64,000 nucleotides of DNA. Source: an uncultured Gammaproteobacteria bacterium. GTDB taxonomy: Bacteria > Pseudomonadota > Gammaproteobacteria > GCA-001735895. Positions 48,383-57,170 of this stretch are shown one piece after another. The stretch is from positions 15,803-79,802 of the forward strand of contig CAVYHN010000016.1 of the NCBI GenBank assembly GCA_963768295.1, read 5' to 3'. Each line of letters opens with the position of its first letter. Position 1 is the stretch's first letter. Below the pieces are notes generated by a model that searched no databases, had not been told where the DNA came from, and saw only the letters and a program-made list of their open reading frames with translations. The translations under genes and the position numbers were made by a program.

Positions 48383-49282
48383 CTAGGGGTGCCCGGTTTT
48401 TCCGATTTCGGACAGCCAGATTCCGCCGAGCACCAGGCCCAGCGCCAGCGCATGGTAAAGCTCGAAAACCTCGTTTAAAAATATCACCGCCATGATCGAT
48501 GCAAACACCGGCACCAGGTTGACGAACACGCCGGCGCGACCTGGCCCGATCAGGGCCACCCCCTGAATAAAGAATATCTGTGCGATCAACGATGGCAGTA
48601 CTGTAACCAATAGAACCAGAAACCACCCGGTCTGTGAAGGCATGATCCAGCCTTGTTGCCAGGTCTCGAACGCTACCAGTGGCAAAGACGCAAGCCATGC
48701 GGCCGAGGCCATGATGGCGAACAAACCCAGCGCGCTGACATTGGGGCGGCGGGTCAGGCCGATAGAATAGGCGGCATAGAAGAAACAGGCGATCAGCATG
48801 AACAAATCACCCCGGTTGACCGACAGTGCCGCGAGCTCGCCGAGATCTCCGCGCGCGGCCACGATGGCGACGCCAAGCAGGGTAACGCCAACGCCGGCAC
48901 CCTGAATGCGGCTGATTGGATGGCGTAATATCAGCAGGCTGCCGAGCAACACGAAAATTGGAATCGAGCCCTGCAAAATGCCGATGTTGATTGCGCTGGT
49001 ATGGTGGCCTGCGACATAAAACAAGGCATTGAAAACGGTAAAGCCGCAGCTACCCATCAGGCCCAGGAACAGGAGGTGTCGGCGCAGGATCGGCCAGTCC
49101 CTGGCGATATGCTTGCGCGCAATCAGCAGCAGAATCAGAATCACGCCGAGCCAGCGAAAGGTCACCAGTTGCATCGGCGAAATTTCGCCTACCGCGAGTC
49201 GACTGATAATGGCGTTCAAGCCCCAGCACAGGGTGGTGATGATGAGCAGCGCGTAGGCTTTAAGGTGATGACTCGAAATCAT
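48383..49282 (-). CDS. DMT superfamily transporter (EamA, 10 TM)
   Basis: Two EamA repeats, 299 aa, all helical. Confidence 0.75.
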   Translation of the reverse strand: MISSHHLKAYALLIITTLCWGLNAIISRLAVGEISPMQLVTFRWLGVILILLLIARKHIARDWPILRRHLLFLGLMGSCGFTVFNALFYVAGHHTSAINIGILQGSIPIFVLLGSLLILRHPISRIQGAGVGVTLLGVAIVAARGDLGELAALSVNRGDLFMLIACFFYAAYSIGLTRRPNVSALGLFAIMASAAWLASLPLVAFETWQQGWIMPSQTGWFLVLLVTVLPSLIAQIFFIQGVALIGPGRAGVFVNLVPVFASIMAVIFLNEVFELYHALALGLVLGGIWLSEIGKTGHP

Positions 49283-50121
49283 GCCCTGATGCTCGCGCCG
49301 CGAATGAGCTCGCGATGCAGGGTATAGAGACCGCTGGCGACGATAATGCTGATCCCGAAAACGCTTTTCAGGTCGGGAACTTCAGCCCATACCAGGTAGG
49401 CGATGCCGCCGCTGAATACGATTGTCAGGTATTTCAGCGGCGCCAGGATGCCAACCGCAAGATGCTGGTAGCTCAGGGTCATCAAGTACTGCGCCATCCC
49501 GCCAAACAGCCCGACCAATAGCAGCAGTAGCAGGTCGTTCAGCGGGGGTTGCTGCCAGCCCTGGATGAGAATGCCGACGCTGCTGACCAGCACCCCGGTG
49601 ACGGTAAAATAAAAGGTGATGCAAACCGGGTCGTCGATCTTGCCCAGGTGGCGAATGATGATGGTTGTGCAGCCGATCAGGAACGCGGCGGTGAGCATGT
49701 ACAGGCTACCGCTGGCGAGCATGTCGGCACCCGGACGCACCACGATCAACATGCCGACGAAGCCGATGATAATCGCCGTCCAGCGGCGCAGGCCGACCTT
49801 TTCGCGCAGCAGGATGACCGACAGCGCGGTCATGAACAGCGGCGCCGTGTGCAGTATCGAGACGGCTTCGGCCAGCGGCATCAGTGAAAATGCGTAAAAC
49901 GCAAAGGCCATGGCGCCGATACCCATTACGCTGCGCAACAGGTGCAGGCCCTTGTGGCTGGTTCTGAGAATGCCCGGCCCGCCGCGCATCACGATAATGA
50001 CCGCCACCGGAATCAGCGCCACGGCGCAGCGAAAAAACATGATTTGCGCGGTCGGGTAAAACGCGCCCAGCCACTTCACGCTCGCATCCATCAGCGAAAA
50101 CAACAGGATGCTCATCATCAT
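49279..50121 (-). CDS. DMT superfamily transporter (EamA, 10 TM), tandem paralogue
   Basis: 280 aa, EamA repeats; 4-nt overlap with the downstream paralogue. Confidence 0.75.
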   Translation of the reverse strand: MMMSILLFSLMDASVKWLGAFYPTAQIMFFRCAVALIPVAVIIVMRGGPGILRTSHKGLHLLRSVMGIGAMAFAFYAFSLMPLAEAVSILHTAPLFMTALSVILLREKVGLRRWTAIIIGFVGMLIVVRPGADMLASGSLYMLTAAFLIGCTTIIIRHLGKIDDPVCITFYFTVTGVLVSSVGILIQGWQQPPLNDLLLLLLVGLFGGMAQYLMTLSYQHLAVGILAPLKYLTIVFSGGIAYLVWAEVPDLKSVFGISIIVASGLYTLHRELIRGASIRA

Positions 50122-50185
50122 CGCGCTGAACCCGATTAGCGGGCTTTCGGCTGGGCGGATGACGGAAAATTGGTTGCTGGAAACC

Positions 50186-51913
50186 TTAGCGCTCCTGTTT
50201 GCCGAGAATCAGGTCGGCGGCTTTTTCGGCGACCATCATGACCGGCGCATTGGTATTACCCGAAATGAGCGTCGGAAAGACCGATGCGTCGACTACCCTG
50301 AGCCGTTGCGTGCCGTAGACCCGGCACTGGTTATCGACGACAGCGGATTTTTGATCGGTGCCCATCATACAGGTCGAAGTAGGGTGAAACACGGTTGAAC
50401 TGCGTGCGCGAATATCTGCAATTAAATCGGCGTCACTATGGACCTCGACACCGGGCGTGATTTCCTCCTCGATTATCTCCGCGAGTTGCGGGCAGCTGGC
50501 CAGTTTGCGCAACAATCGCACACCCTCGAGCATCTGGGTCACGTCTTCCTCATGCGACAGGTAGTTGGGGTAAATCTTGACTGCCTCGAAGGGATCGGTC
50601 GAATCGATTTGCAGGTGACCGCGGCTCAGCGGCTGAATCTGGCCAATCGAATTGACGAACCCGGGGTAGGGGTCGGGTTGCATCAGCGGTCGTCTGCCCG
50701 GCGGCGCCGCGGTGTAAGACATCGGGTTGAAATAGGTCTGGATATTCGGGCGCGGTCGCGAAGGGTGGCTTTTGATAAATCCGCCGGCCTGGTTGATGCT
50801 GAGCGACAGCATGCCTTTTCTGAACAATACGTACTGCATCCCGGCCAGCATTTTTCCCCACCAGGGATAAAGTTGATCATTCAGGGTTGGCACGCGCGAG
50901 CGGTAGTAGTAACAGCAATCCAGGTGATCCTGCAGATTGTGACCCACCCCGGGTAATTCAACCACCGGCTCGATGCCAAAATTCTTCAGCAGCGAAAGTT
51001 CGCCGATGCCCGATAGCTGCAGAATTTGCGGGGAGTTGATCGCGCCGGCGCTGACGATGACTTCACGCCGCGCCTTGACCTGGCGAGGTTGCCCTGCCTG
51101 CATGAATTCAACCCCGTCGGCAGTGCTGTTGCTAAACAGGATGCGCGTCACGTGCGCCTGCGTGATGACGTCGCAATTATGGCGCTTGAGCGCAGGATGC
51201 AGATAGGCGCGCGCTGCCGACATGCGTCTGCCATCGCGCGTGGTTATCTGGTAGTAACCTACGCCTTCCTGGGTTGCACCATTGAAATCCGGATTGAACT
51301 CGAAACCGCAGTGTTGCGCGGCGGCAAAGAAACGCTGGCACAGGGGATGATGCTGACTGCTGACATTGCTGACGTGCAGTGGACCGTCGGCGCCCCGGTA
51401 TTGATTGCCGCCGTCGCCGCAGGTTTCCGCTTTCTTGAAGTAGGGCAGGACATCGTCCCAGCCCCAGCCCTGGTTTCCGCGATCGCGCCAGTCGTCGTAA
51501 TCAGCCGGCTGACCGCGGATGTATACCATGGCGTTAATTGAACTGGATCCGCCCAGCACCTTGCCGCGTGGCCAGTAGCTTTGGCGATTATTGATGCCGG
51601 GGTCCGGCTCGGTCGTATACATCCAGTTGACCGCAGGGTCATAGAAGGTCTTGCCGTAACCGATCGGGGTCTGGATCCAGAAGCGCTTGTCTCTGCCGCC
51701 CGCCTCGAGCAGCAAGACGCTGTGCTTGCCGTTTTCGCTGAGGCGGTTGGCGAGCACACAGCCCGCGGAACCGGCACCGATAATGACGTAATCGAACTCG
51801 AGTTCCACGCTGCGACCCGGGTGAAAATGAAACAGGATTATAGTCGTTAGAACTGTCGGGTAAAGCAAAAACCATGGCCACAACGGCTTTCGCCAAAGCA
51901 GCGCATGATGCAT
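50186..51913 (-). CDS. GMC family FAD-dependent oxidoreductase (choline dehydrogenase-like)
   Basis: DYVIIGAGSAGCVLANRLSE...LLLEAGG ADP-binding βαβ motif and a GMC C-terminal HxxxG...MG active-site region. The listed ORF extends to 52021 and would overlap the divergent gene. The Met start at 51913 or the GTG at 51808 is more plausible; a hydrophobic N-terminal segment is possible. Confidence 0.75.
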   Translation of the reverse strand: MHHALLWRKPLWPWFLLYPTVLTTIILFHFHPGRSVELEFDYVIIGAGSAGCVLANRLSENGKHSVLLLEAGGRDKRFWIQTPIGYGKTFYDPAVNWMYTTEPDPGINNRQSYWPRGKVLGGSSSINAMVYIRGQPADYDDWRDRGNQGWGWDDVLPYFKKAETCGDGGNQYRGADGPLHVSNVSSQHHPLCQRFFAAAQHCGFEFNPDFNGATQEGVGYYQITTRDGRRMSAARAYLHPALKRHNCDVITQAHVTRILFSNSTADGVEFMQAGQPRQVKARREVIVSAGAINSPQILQLSGIGELSLLKNFGIEPVVELPGVGHNLQDHLDCCYYYRSRVPTLNDQLYPWWGKMLAGMQYVLFRKGMLSLSINQAGGFIKSHPSRPRPNIQTYFNPMSYTAAPPGRRPLMQPDPYPGFVNSIGQIQPLSRGHLQIDSTDPFEAVKIYPNYLSHEEDVTQMLEGVRLLRKLASCPQLAEIIEEEITPGVEVHSDADLIADIRARSSTVFHPTSTCMMGTDQKSAVVDNQCRVYGTQRLRVVDASVFPTLISGNTNAPVMMVAEKAADLILGKQER

Positions 51914-51932
51914 AATCTGGGCGCTAAGCCTG

Positions 51933-52802
51933 ATGGAGACAAAGTTGAAGTTCAGCCTCGAAGAATTCCGCGCCTGGGAGAACAAGTGCGTGACCCTGGT
52001 CGGTATGTCCGGCGTCGGCAAATCCTATCTGTCGGCCAAGCTGCGCGGCAGTCACTGGTTTCACTATTCGGGCGATTACCGCATTGGCACCCGTTACCTG
52101 GATGAACATATCATCGATATGCTCAAGGCGCAGGCGATCAAGGTCCCGTTTCTGCGGGAGTTGTTGCGCAACGACTGGATCTACATCAAGAACAATATTC
52201 GCGTCAACGACCTGGGCCCGGTACTGAGTTTTGTCGGTAAACTGGGTAACCCGGAACTGGGTGGTGTCGAAATCGGTGAATTCATCGAACGCCAGGCGAT
52301 TTATCGTCAGGCGGAAGTCGATGCGATGTACGATATTCCGCATTTTATCGAGAAGGCCCGAAACATTTATGGCTATGAGCATTTCGTCAACGATGTCGGC
52401 GGTAGCCTGTGCGAGCTCGATGAGCCCGGCGTGATAGACATCCTGGTCGAAAATACGCTGATTCTGTATATCCAGGTAACCAATCAGGCGCAGGAGCAGG
52501 TTTTGATCGAACGCGCGGTCTCCGATCCCAAGCCGCTGTATTACCGGCCGGAATTCCTGCAGCAGCACCTGGAGATGTATTTCGACGAAAGCGGGCTCGA
52601 GTACGCCGCCCAGATCGACCCCGACGCGTTTGCGCGCTGGGTGTTTCCGCACCTGTTCCATTCGCGCCTGCCGCGCTACGACGACATCGCGAGTCTCGGC
52701 TACACCGTGACCTCGGAAGAGGTTGACGGGGTAAAAGACGACGCGGATTTTCTGCAATTGCTGGAAATGGCGATCGCGAGACAGCAGGGAGGTGATGCCT
52801 GA
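51933..52802 (+). CDS. shikimate-kinase-like P-loop NTPase/kinase of unknown substrate
   Basis: Walker A VTLVGMSGVGKSYL near the N-terminus; a GGS ligand-binding loop (NDVGGSLCE) and a lid-like region laid out as in AroK/AAA_18 kinases, but ~289 aa with insertions. RBS-less; its stop overlaps the metA ATG (TGATG). Confidence 0.5.
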   Translation: METKLKFSLEEFRAWENKCVTLVGMSGVGKSYLSAKLRGSHWFHYSGDYRIGTRYLDEHIIDMLKAQAIKVPFLRELLRNDWIYIKNNIRVNDLGPVLSFVGKLGNPELGGVEIGEFIERQAIYRQAEVDAMYDIPHFIEKARNIYGYEHFVNDVGGSLCELDEPGVIDILVENTLILYIQVTNQAQEQVLIERAVSDPKPLYYRPEFLQQHLEMYFDESGLEYAAQIDPDAFARWVFPHLFHSRLPRYDDIASLGYTVTSEEVDGVKDDADFLQLLEMAIARQQGGDA

Positions 52803-53866
52803 TGCCACTGGTCGCGCACAACGATTTACCCACGTTTTCCAAGCTGCAGCAGGAGGGCTTGCGCGTGCTGGCGCCGGGGCTTGCCAACCAGCAGGATATT
52901 CGCGAACTGCACATCGGGCTGCTCAATATGATGCCCGATGCCGCGCTGGAAGCTACCGAAAGGCAGTTTTTACGCCTGATCGGAGAGAGTAACCCGATCG
53001 CGCAGTTTTTTGTGCACCCGTTTACGCTGGACGCCTTGCCGCGCGCGGCCAATGCGCGAGAACACATTGACCAGCATTACGATAGCTTCGAGCAGATTAA
53101 GCGGCAGGGCCTGGATGCGCTGATTATCACCGGCGCCAACGTAATCGGCGCCGACCTGTCCGCGGAAGTTTTCTGGGATGATCTTATCGAAGTCGCGGAC
53201 TGGGCGCATGCAAACGTCACCTCGACGCTTTGTTCCTGCCTCGCCACCCACGCCGTTCTGGATTTTCGTTACGGGCAGAAGCGGGAAAAACAGCGTAGCA
53301 AGAAATGGGGCGTGTATCGGCACCAGGTCGTCGCGCCGGCGCATCCCCTGGTAGCCGACATCAATTCGGTGTTCGACGTGCCCCATTCGCGCTGGAACAG
53401 CGTCTATCGAGAACAGTTCGAAGCGGCGGGTTTGCGAGTCCTGGCGACCGCCGACGACGGCAGTGTGCATCTCGCCACCAGCCCCGATGGCTTCCGCAGC
53501 GTGTTTTTCCAGGGGCATCCGGAATACGACACGGTTTCACTGTTGAAGGAATACAAGCGTGATGTGAACCTGTACATCGCCGGGGAACTCGAATCTTATC
53601 CGCCGATGCCGGATAATTACTTCAGCCATTTCAGCGCCGCGGTTTTCCGCGAGTATCGGTATCGCATCGATAAAAGTCTTTTGAAACAGACGCCGGTTCC
53701 CGAGTTCCCGGAGCACCTGGTGTTAGACCGGTTAAAAAACACCTGGCAGGACACGGCGAGCGCGGTTGTCGGTAGATGGATCGGGCTGATCTATCAGTAC
53801 ACCAATGTGAATCGCCTCCAGCCCTTCATGGACGGGGTTAATATCGACAATCCGCTGGAGCTGTAG
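52802..53866 (+). CDS. metA: homoserine O-acyltransferase (MetA family, O-succinyl/O-acetyl)
   Basis: Co-linear with E. coli MetA: IRELHIGLLNMMP, LDALIITGANV, HVTSTLCSC (catalytic Cys), PHSRWN, GHPEYD. RBS AGGGAGG. Confidence 0.8.
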   Translation: MPLVAHNDLPTFSKLQQEGLRVLAPGLANQQDIRELHIGLLNMMPDAALEATERQFLRLIGESNPIAQFFVHPFTLDALPRAANAREHIDQHYDSFEQIKRQGLDALIITGANVIGADLSAEVFWDDLIEVADWAHANVTSTLCSCLATHAVLDFRYGQKREKQRSKKWGVYRHQVVAPAHPLVADINSVFDVPHSRWNSVYREQFEAAGLRVLATADDGSVHLATSPDGFRSVFFQGHPEYDTVSLLKEYKRDVNLYIAGELESYPPMPDNYFSHFSAAVFREYRYRIDKSLLKQTPVPEFPEHLVLDRLKNTWQDTASAVVGRWIGLIYQYTNVNRLQPFMDGVNIDNPLEL

Positions 53867-53899
53867 CCGCGCCCGGGACCCCGCCGGAGGGGATCCGCT

Positions 53900-54571
53900 T
53901 TAGTAAGACCCCCAGGCATCCTGTTTTTTCCAGCGAATTCGCGTCACCAGAATGCCGATCACGAACGCGATCAGGGAGACGGCTCCGCCGCGTATGAACC
54001 AGTCGAGTTTGGTGCTGTCGTTGAGTTCGGCGTTGATCTCCGTTAGCTGCTCCTTTTCCTGCCGCAGCTCATCTAGTACCGTTTGCAGGGTTTTGTTCTG
54101 TTCGAGGATGTTGAGCGTATCCCGGGCCGCGTTGCGCACTTCCGCAAGTTCCTGTTCCGAGGCGCGCAGGGTCTCTTTAAGCGCCTGGTTATCATTTTTC
54201 TCCTGCGCCAGCGACTGTTTGAGTTCGGCGATTTCGTTCGTCTGGGTATCGAGGCGCGCACGCTGCTGATCGAACCTGACTCTCAGTTCCTGCAGGCTCT
54301 GGCGAGCGGCCGGGATTTCCATCAGAAAGCGGCTCAGCACGTAACCTTTTTTATTGTCCTTGGTTTCCACCAGCGAGTATTGCGAGGCCAGGTCTTCCTC
54401 CAGTACGGTGACAGATTCGCCGCTGCCCAGCATGCGCACGATACTGTTCGAAGTACTGGTACCGCTGCGCATGGTGACTTCGAATTCATCGGTAATATAT
54501 TTAACTTCGGCGGCATACGCCGGGCCTGCGATAGAAGCGGATAAAAGCGCTGTTAGTAAAACTCGTTTCAT
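53900..54571 (-). CDS. SH3-domain / coiled-coil membrane-anchored periplasmic protein (TIGR04211, YgiM-like)
   Basis: Signal peptide MKRVLLTALLSASIAGPAYA, an SH3b-like N-domain, a long coiled coil, and a C-terminal TM (AVSLIAFVIGILV) + RIRWKK. Confidence 0.65.
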   Translation of the reverse strand: MKRVLLTALLSASIAGPAYAAEVKYITDEFEVTMRSGTSTSNSIVRMLGSGESVTVLEEDLASQYSLVETKDNKKGYVLSRFLMEIPAARQSLQELRVRFDQQRARLDTQTNEIAELKQSLAQEKNDNQALKETLRASEQELAEVRNAARDTLNILEQNKTLQTVLDELRQEKEQLTEINAELNDSTKLDWFIRGGAVSLIAFVIGILVTRIRWKKQDAWGSY

Positions 54572-54584
54572 TAAATGGCTCACC

Positions 54585-55373
54585 TTAAAAACGATGGAAA
54601 AAGTCCACCGAGTAAACGTTGCCGGTAACCTCACCGGACGGAGTATCGTAATCGTAGCGGTTGACCGAAAGGTCCAGGCTGTTCAGCGCATTGATAGCGA
54701 AGCTTGCGCCGAACGTAACAAATGTATTGTCACAATCTTCCGCCGAAGTGTTCCAGTTCCAGTTGCCATAGCCGGATCCGTAAGCGCCGGAACAATAGGA
54801 GCGCGCGGTAAAAGCACCGTCGCCCGCACCCAGGTTGGTATAGAGCAACAATTCGGGCGTGTAGCGATAATCAAAATTGATGAAATAACTGCTGGCGTCA
54901 GAATCATCTGCGGCATCGCGCCTGCCGGATTTTAATCCACCGCGCAGGCTGCTGCGATCGTTGAGGCGATACGACATCGACAAAATCAGGCTCGTGGTCG
55001 AGGCGTCCATTGCGTCTTCGGACAGATACTCTTCGAGATGACGTAAAGCAATCGAATAGGTCGGCACCCGGAAGCCGGCCCTTGGCGTGTAGCTATAGGT
55101 CCCTTGCAGGAACAGCTCTTCGCCGGACAGATCGTTGTTATCGGCATAGTCATAGGCTGAAATCTCGGCCTGGAAATCGACAATTGCGTTGCGCGACAAG
55201 CCTTTTGAAATCAATGTTGCACCGGTCAGGTAGAAATAGCTATCCGACTCGTTTTCGATATCGGTGCCGCCGAGACCCGTTTGCAGCGTGTAAACGGGCG
55301 GCACGGCATACAGATTCGAAGATAGCAATAATATCGCTGATCCAGCAATCAATCTCATCGCTGTAGTAACCAT
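54585..55373 (-). CDS. small outer-membrane β-barrel protein (OmpW/porin-like fold, family unknown)
   Basis: Signal peptide AILLLSSNLYA; alternating amphipathic β-strands; C-terminal ...VDFFHRF (terminal Phe); 262 aa. Confidence 0.55.
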   Translation of the reverse strand: MVTTAMRLIAGSAILLLSSNLYAVPPVYTLQTGLGGTDIENESDSYFYLTGATLISKGLSRNAIVDFQAEISAYDYADNNDLSGEELFLQGTYSYTPRAGFRVPTYSIALRHLEEYLSEDAMDASTTSLILSMSYRLNDRSSLRGGLKSGRRDAADDSDASSYFINFDYRYTPELLLYTNLGAGDGAFTARSYCSGAYGSGYGNWNWNTSAEDCDNTFVTFGASFAINALNSLDLSVNRYDYDTPSGEVTGNVYSVDFFHRF

Positions 55374-55541
55374 GAATCAGTCCTGTGGCGATTTTCGCCT
55401 GGTGGCTTGTGTTTTGGCATCATTATTGTCAGCCTTGCGGCGAGTTGCAACCGTAAAAACAGCTTTAACTGCGGTTGTGCACAATTTACATTCTACGGGT
55501 AAGTCACTAAAGTATGTCCGATTATTTGGCAGGAAATCCTG

Positions 55542-56270
55542 ATGCGTAACGATGTTGACGACCCACGGCGAGAGTTTGTGCTTACGGCTTTGTCGCTCGG
55601 CCTGTTTGCCGGGGTAAATCTGGCTGGTCTGTTTCAGGCGGGCCACGCGCGTGGCGACATACCCGAAAAATTACCGCCGGGTCGTTCCATTTATCAGCTG
55701 CAGGGGGCGGTGACTGTCGATGGCAGGCCGGCCGACATCAACACGCCAATCGGACCCGGTTCGGTCGTCAGGACCGGTCGTAAAAGTCGCATTATCTTTG
55801 TCGTCGGCGCGGACGCGTTTATTTTGCGCAGCGATAGTGAACTCGAAATGAAAACCAGTGACGGGGTGATCATCGAGAGTATGAGGGTTTTATCGGGCAA
55901 AATTCTGTCGGTCTTCGGCCGTCGTGAAAAGCCACACACGATTACCACCACTACGGCAACTATCGGGATACGCGGCACGGGAATATATCTTGAATCCGAA
56001 GCCGACCGTTCTTACGTGTGTACCTGCTACGGGCAAACGCGCATCGTCGCCACTGCCGACGCCAACGTTAGCCGGGACGTGGTTTCGGAACATCATGACA
56101 GTCCGCTTTACGTGCTGCCCTCAGCCGGCAATGGCGAACTTATCGTGCCAGCTCCCTTTATCAATCATACCGACTCCGAACTGGCCCTGATCGAAGAGCT
56201 GGTTGGCAGGACCACACCGTTTGCCTACAGCGGCGGGGGCTACGAAGTGCCGAGAAAACGCAGCTACTGA
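55542..56270 (+). CDS. FecR-domain periplasmic protein with Tat-like signal
   Basis: PRREFVLTALSLGLFAGVNLAGLFQAGHA is Tat-like (RRxFVL). FecR-like core TATIGIRGTGIYLE, paralogous to the 42630 protein and to the N-terminus of the giant 3591 protein. Confidence 0.55.
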   Translation: MRNDVDDPRREFVLTALSLGLFAGVNLAGLFQAGHARGDIPEKLPPGRSIYQLQGAVTVDGRPADINTPIGPGSVVRTGRKSRIIFVVGADAFILRSDSELEMKTSDGVIIESMRVLSGKILSVFGRREKPHTITTTTATIGIRGTGIYLESEADRSYVCTCYGQTRIVATADANVSRDVVSEHHDSPLYVLPSAGNGELIVPAPFINHTDSELALIEELVGRTTPFAYSGGGYEVPRKRSY

Positions 56271-56275
56271 AAATG

Positions 56276-57169
56276 CTATTCGCTTGCCGCGGGTGCTGTT
56301 TCAGGCTCGCTGGTCAGCGCTTTATCCACCGTTTTATAAGGCGTAATCAGGATCAACATGCCGAATTCAGGGTTGTCGAGGTAGTGCAGGTTTTTGCTGC
56401 GCATGCGGCGATGTTCCTGCAACCTGTGATTGTTCAATATACGCGTGTCGGCCGCGTAGGCTGCGAGATACTGATCCTGCGGCGCATTACTCGACACCGT
56501 GTCAACCGACAGACGCGGGCGCCTGAAAACCAGGTCGGTATAGGCGTGCAGATAGCGCGATAATGTGATGGTAATCTTGCCCTCGAACTCATACAGGCCC
56601 TGGTGAGTTCGCAGCGCCTGTTGTTCGAGCAGTTGAAGTTCCATCGCTTCCAGGGTCTGTTCGTCGAATTCAAAGTTTTTGTCGGCACCCGCTTCTTCGC
56701 TTGCGCCGCGTGGGATACTTTCGAGCAGCTCCATCTGGTTGTCGATCGAAGTATACTCGTTGCCGTAAATGCGGCCGCCCCTGAGCCAGATCGGCAGCGC
56801 CTGTTCGAGCTCGACCCCCGGTTGGCGCCAGGCAACATGCAACAGCTTTTCATAGCGCGTTGATTCGACTAGCCTGTTAACGATGTCAAGCAGCCTGAAG
56901 TCGGCGTCCGAGAGTATTTTGTAACCGAGCTCGCGCGCCGCGACCACGCTCTTGGTCGAAGACAGGTCGAGCATTTTTTCGGGTTTGCCGGGAGAGCTGA
57001 CTGGCAGGATGAACTCGCGGCTCCTCGGCGCCTTGATGTTTTTGAATACCACCAGTTCTACATCGTACAGCGGCAGGGGTTCGGCGCCTGCTGCGTTTTC
57101 GGATTGCGCCTGAACGCCACCTGGAAACAGGGCGGCGAGGCCTAACAAGGTCAGATATTTATGCTTCAT
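56276..57169 (-). CDS. periplasmic protein, CsiV-like (peptidoglycan-associated, found next to mfd in many gammaproteobacteria)
   Basis: Signal peptide MKHKYLTLLGLAALFPGGVQA; 297 aa. It begins 1 nt after the mfd stop on the same strand, so it is probably co-transcribed. The family assignment comes from this position and the composition, not from a diagnostic motif. Confidence 0.4.
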   Translation of the reverse strand: MKHKYLTLLGLAALFPGGVQAQSENAAGAEPLPLYDVELVVFKNIKAPRSREFILPVSSPGKPEKMLDLSSTKSVVAARELGYKILSDADFRLLDIVNRLVESTRYEKLLHVAWRQPGVELEQALPIWLRGGRIYGNEYTSIDNQMELLESIPRGASEEAGADKNFEFDEQTLEAMELQLLEQQALRTHQGLYEFEGKITITLSRYLHAYTDLVFRRPRLSVDTVSSNAPQDQYLAAYAADTRILNNHRLQEHRRMRSKNLHYLDNPEFGMLILITPYKTVDKALTSEPETAPAASE

Positions 57170-57170
57170 A

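Noticed and set aside
51924-52808. 294-aa ORF on the minus strand covering the P-loop kinase gene
   Set aside because: It mirrors the plus-strand CDS, which carries a Walker A motif and is translationally coupled to metA. The antisense product has no motifs.
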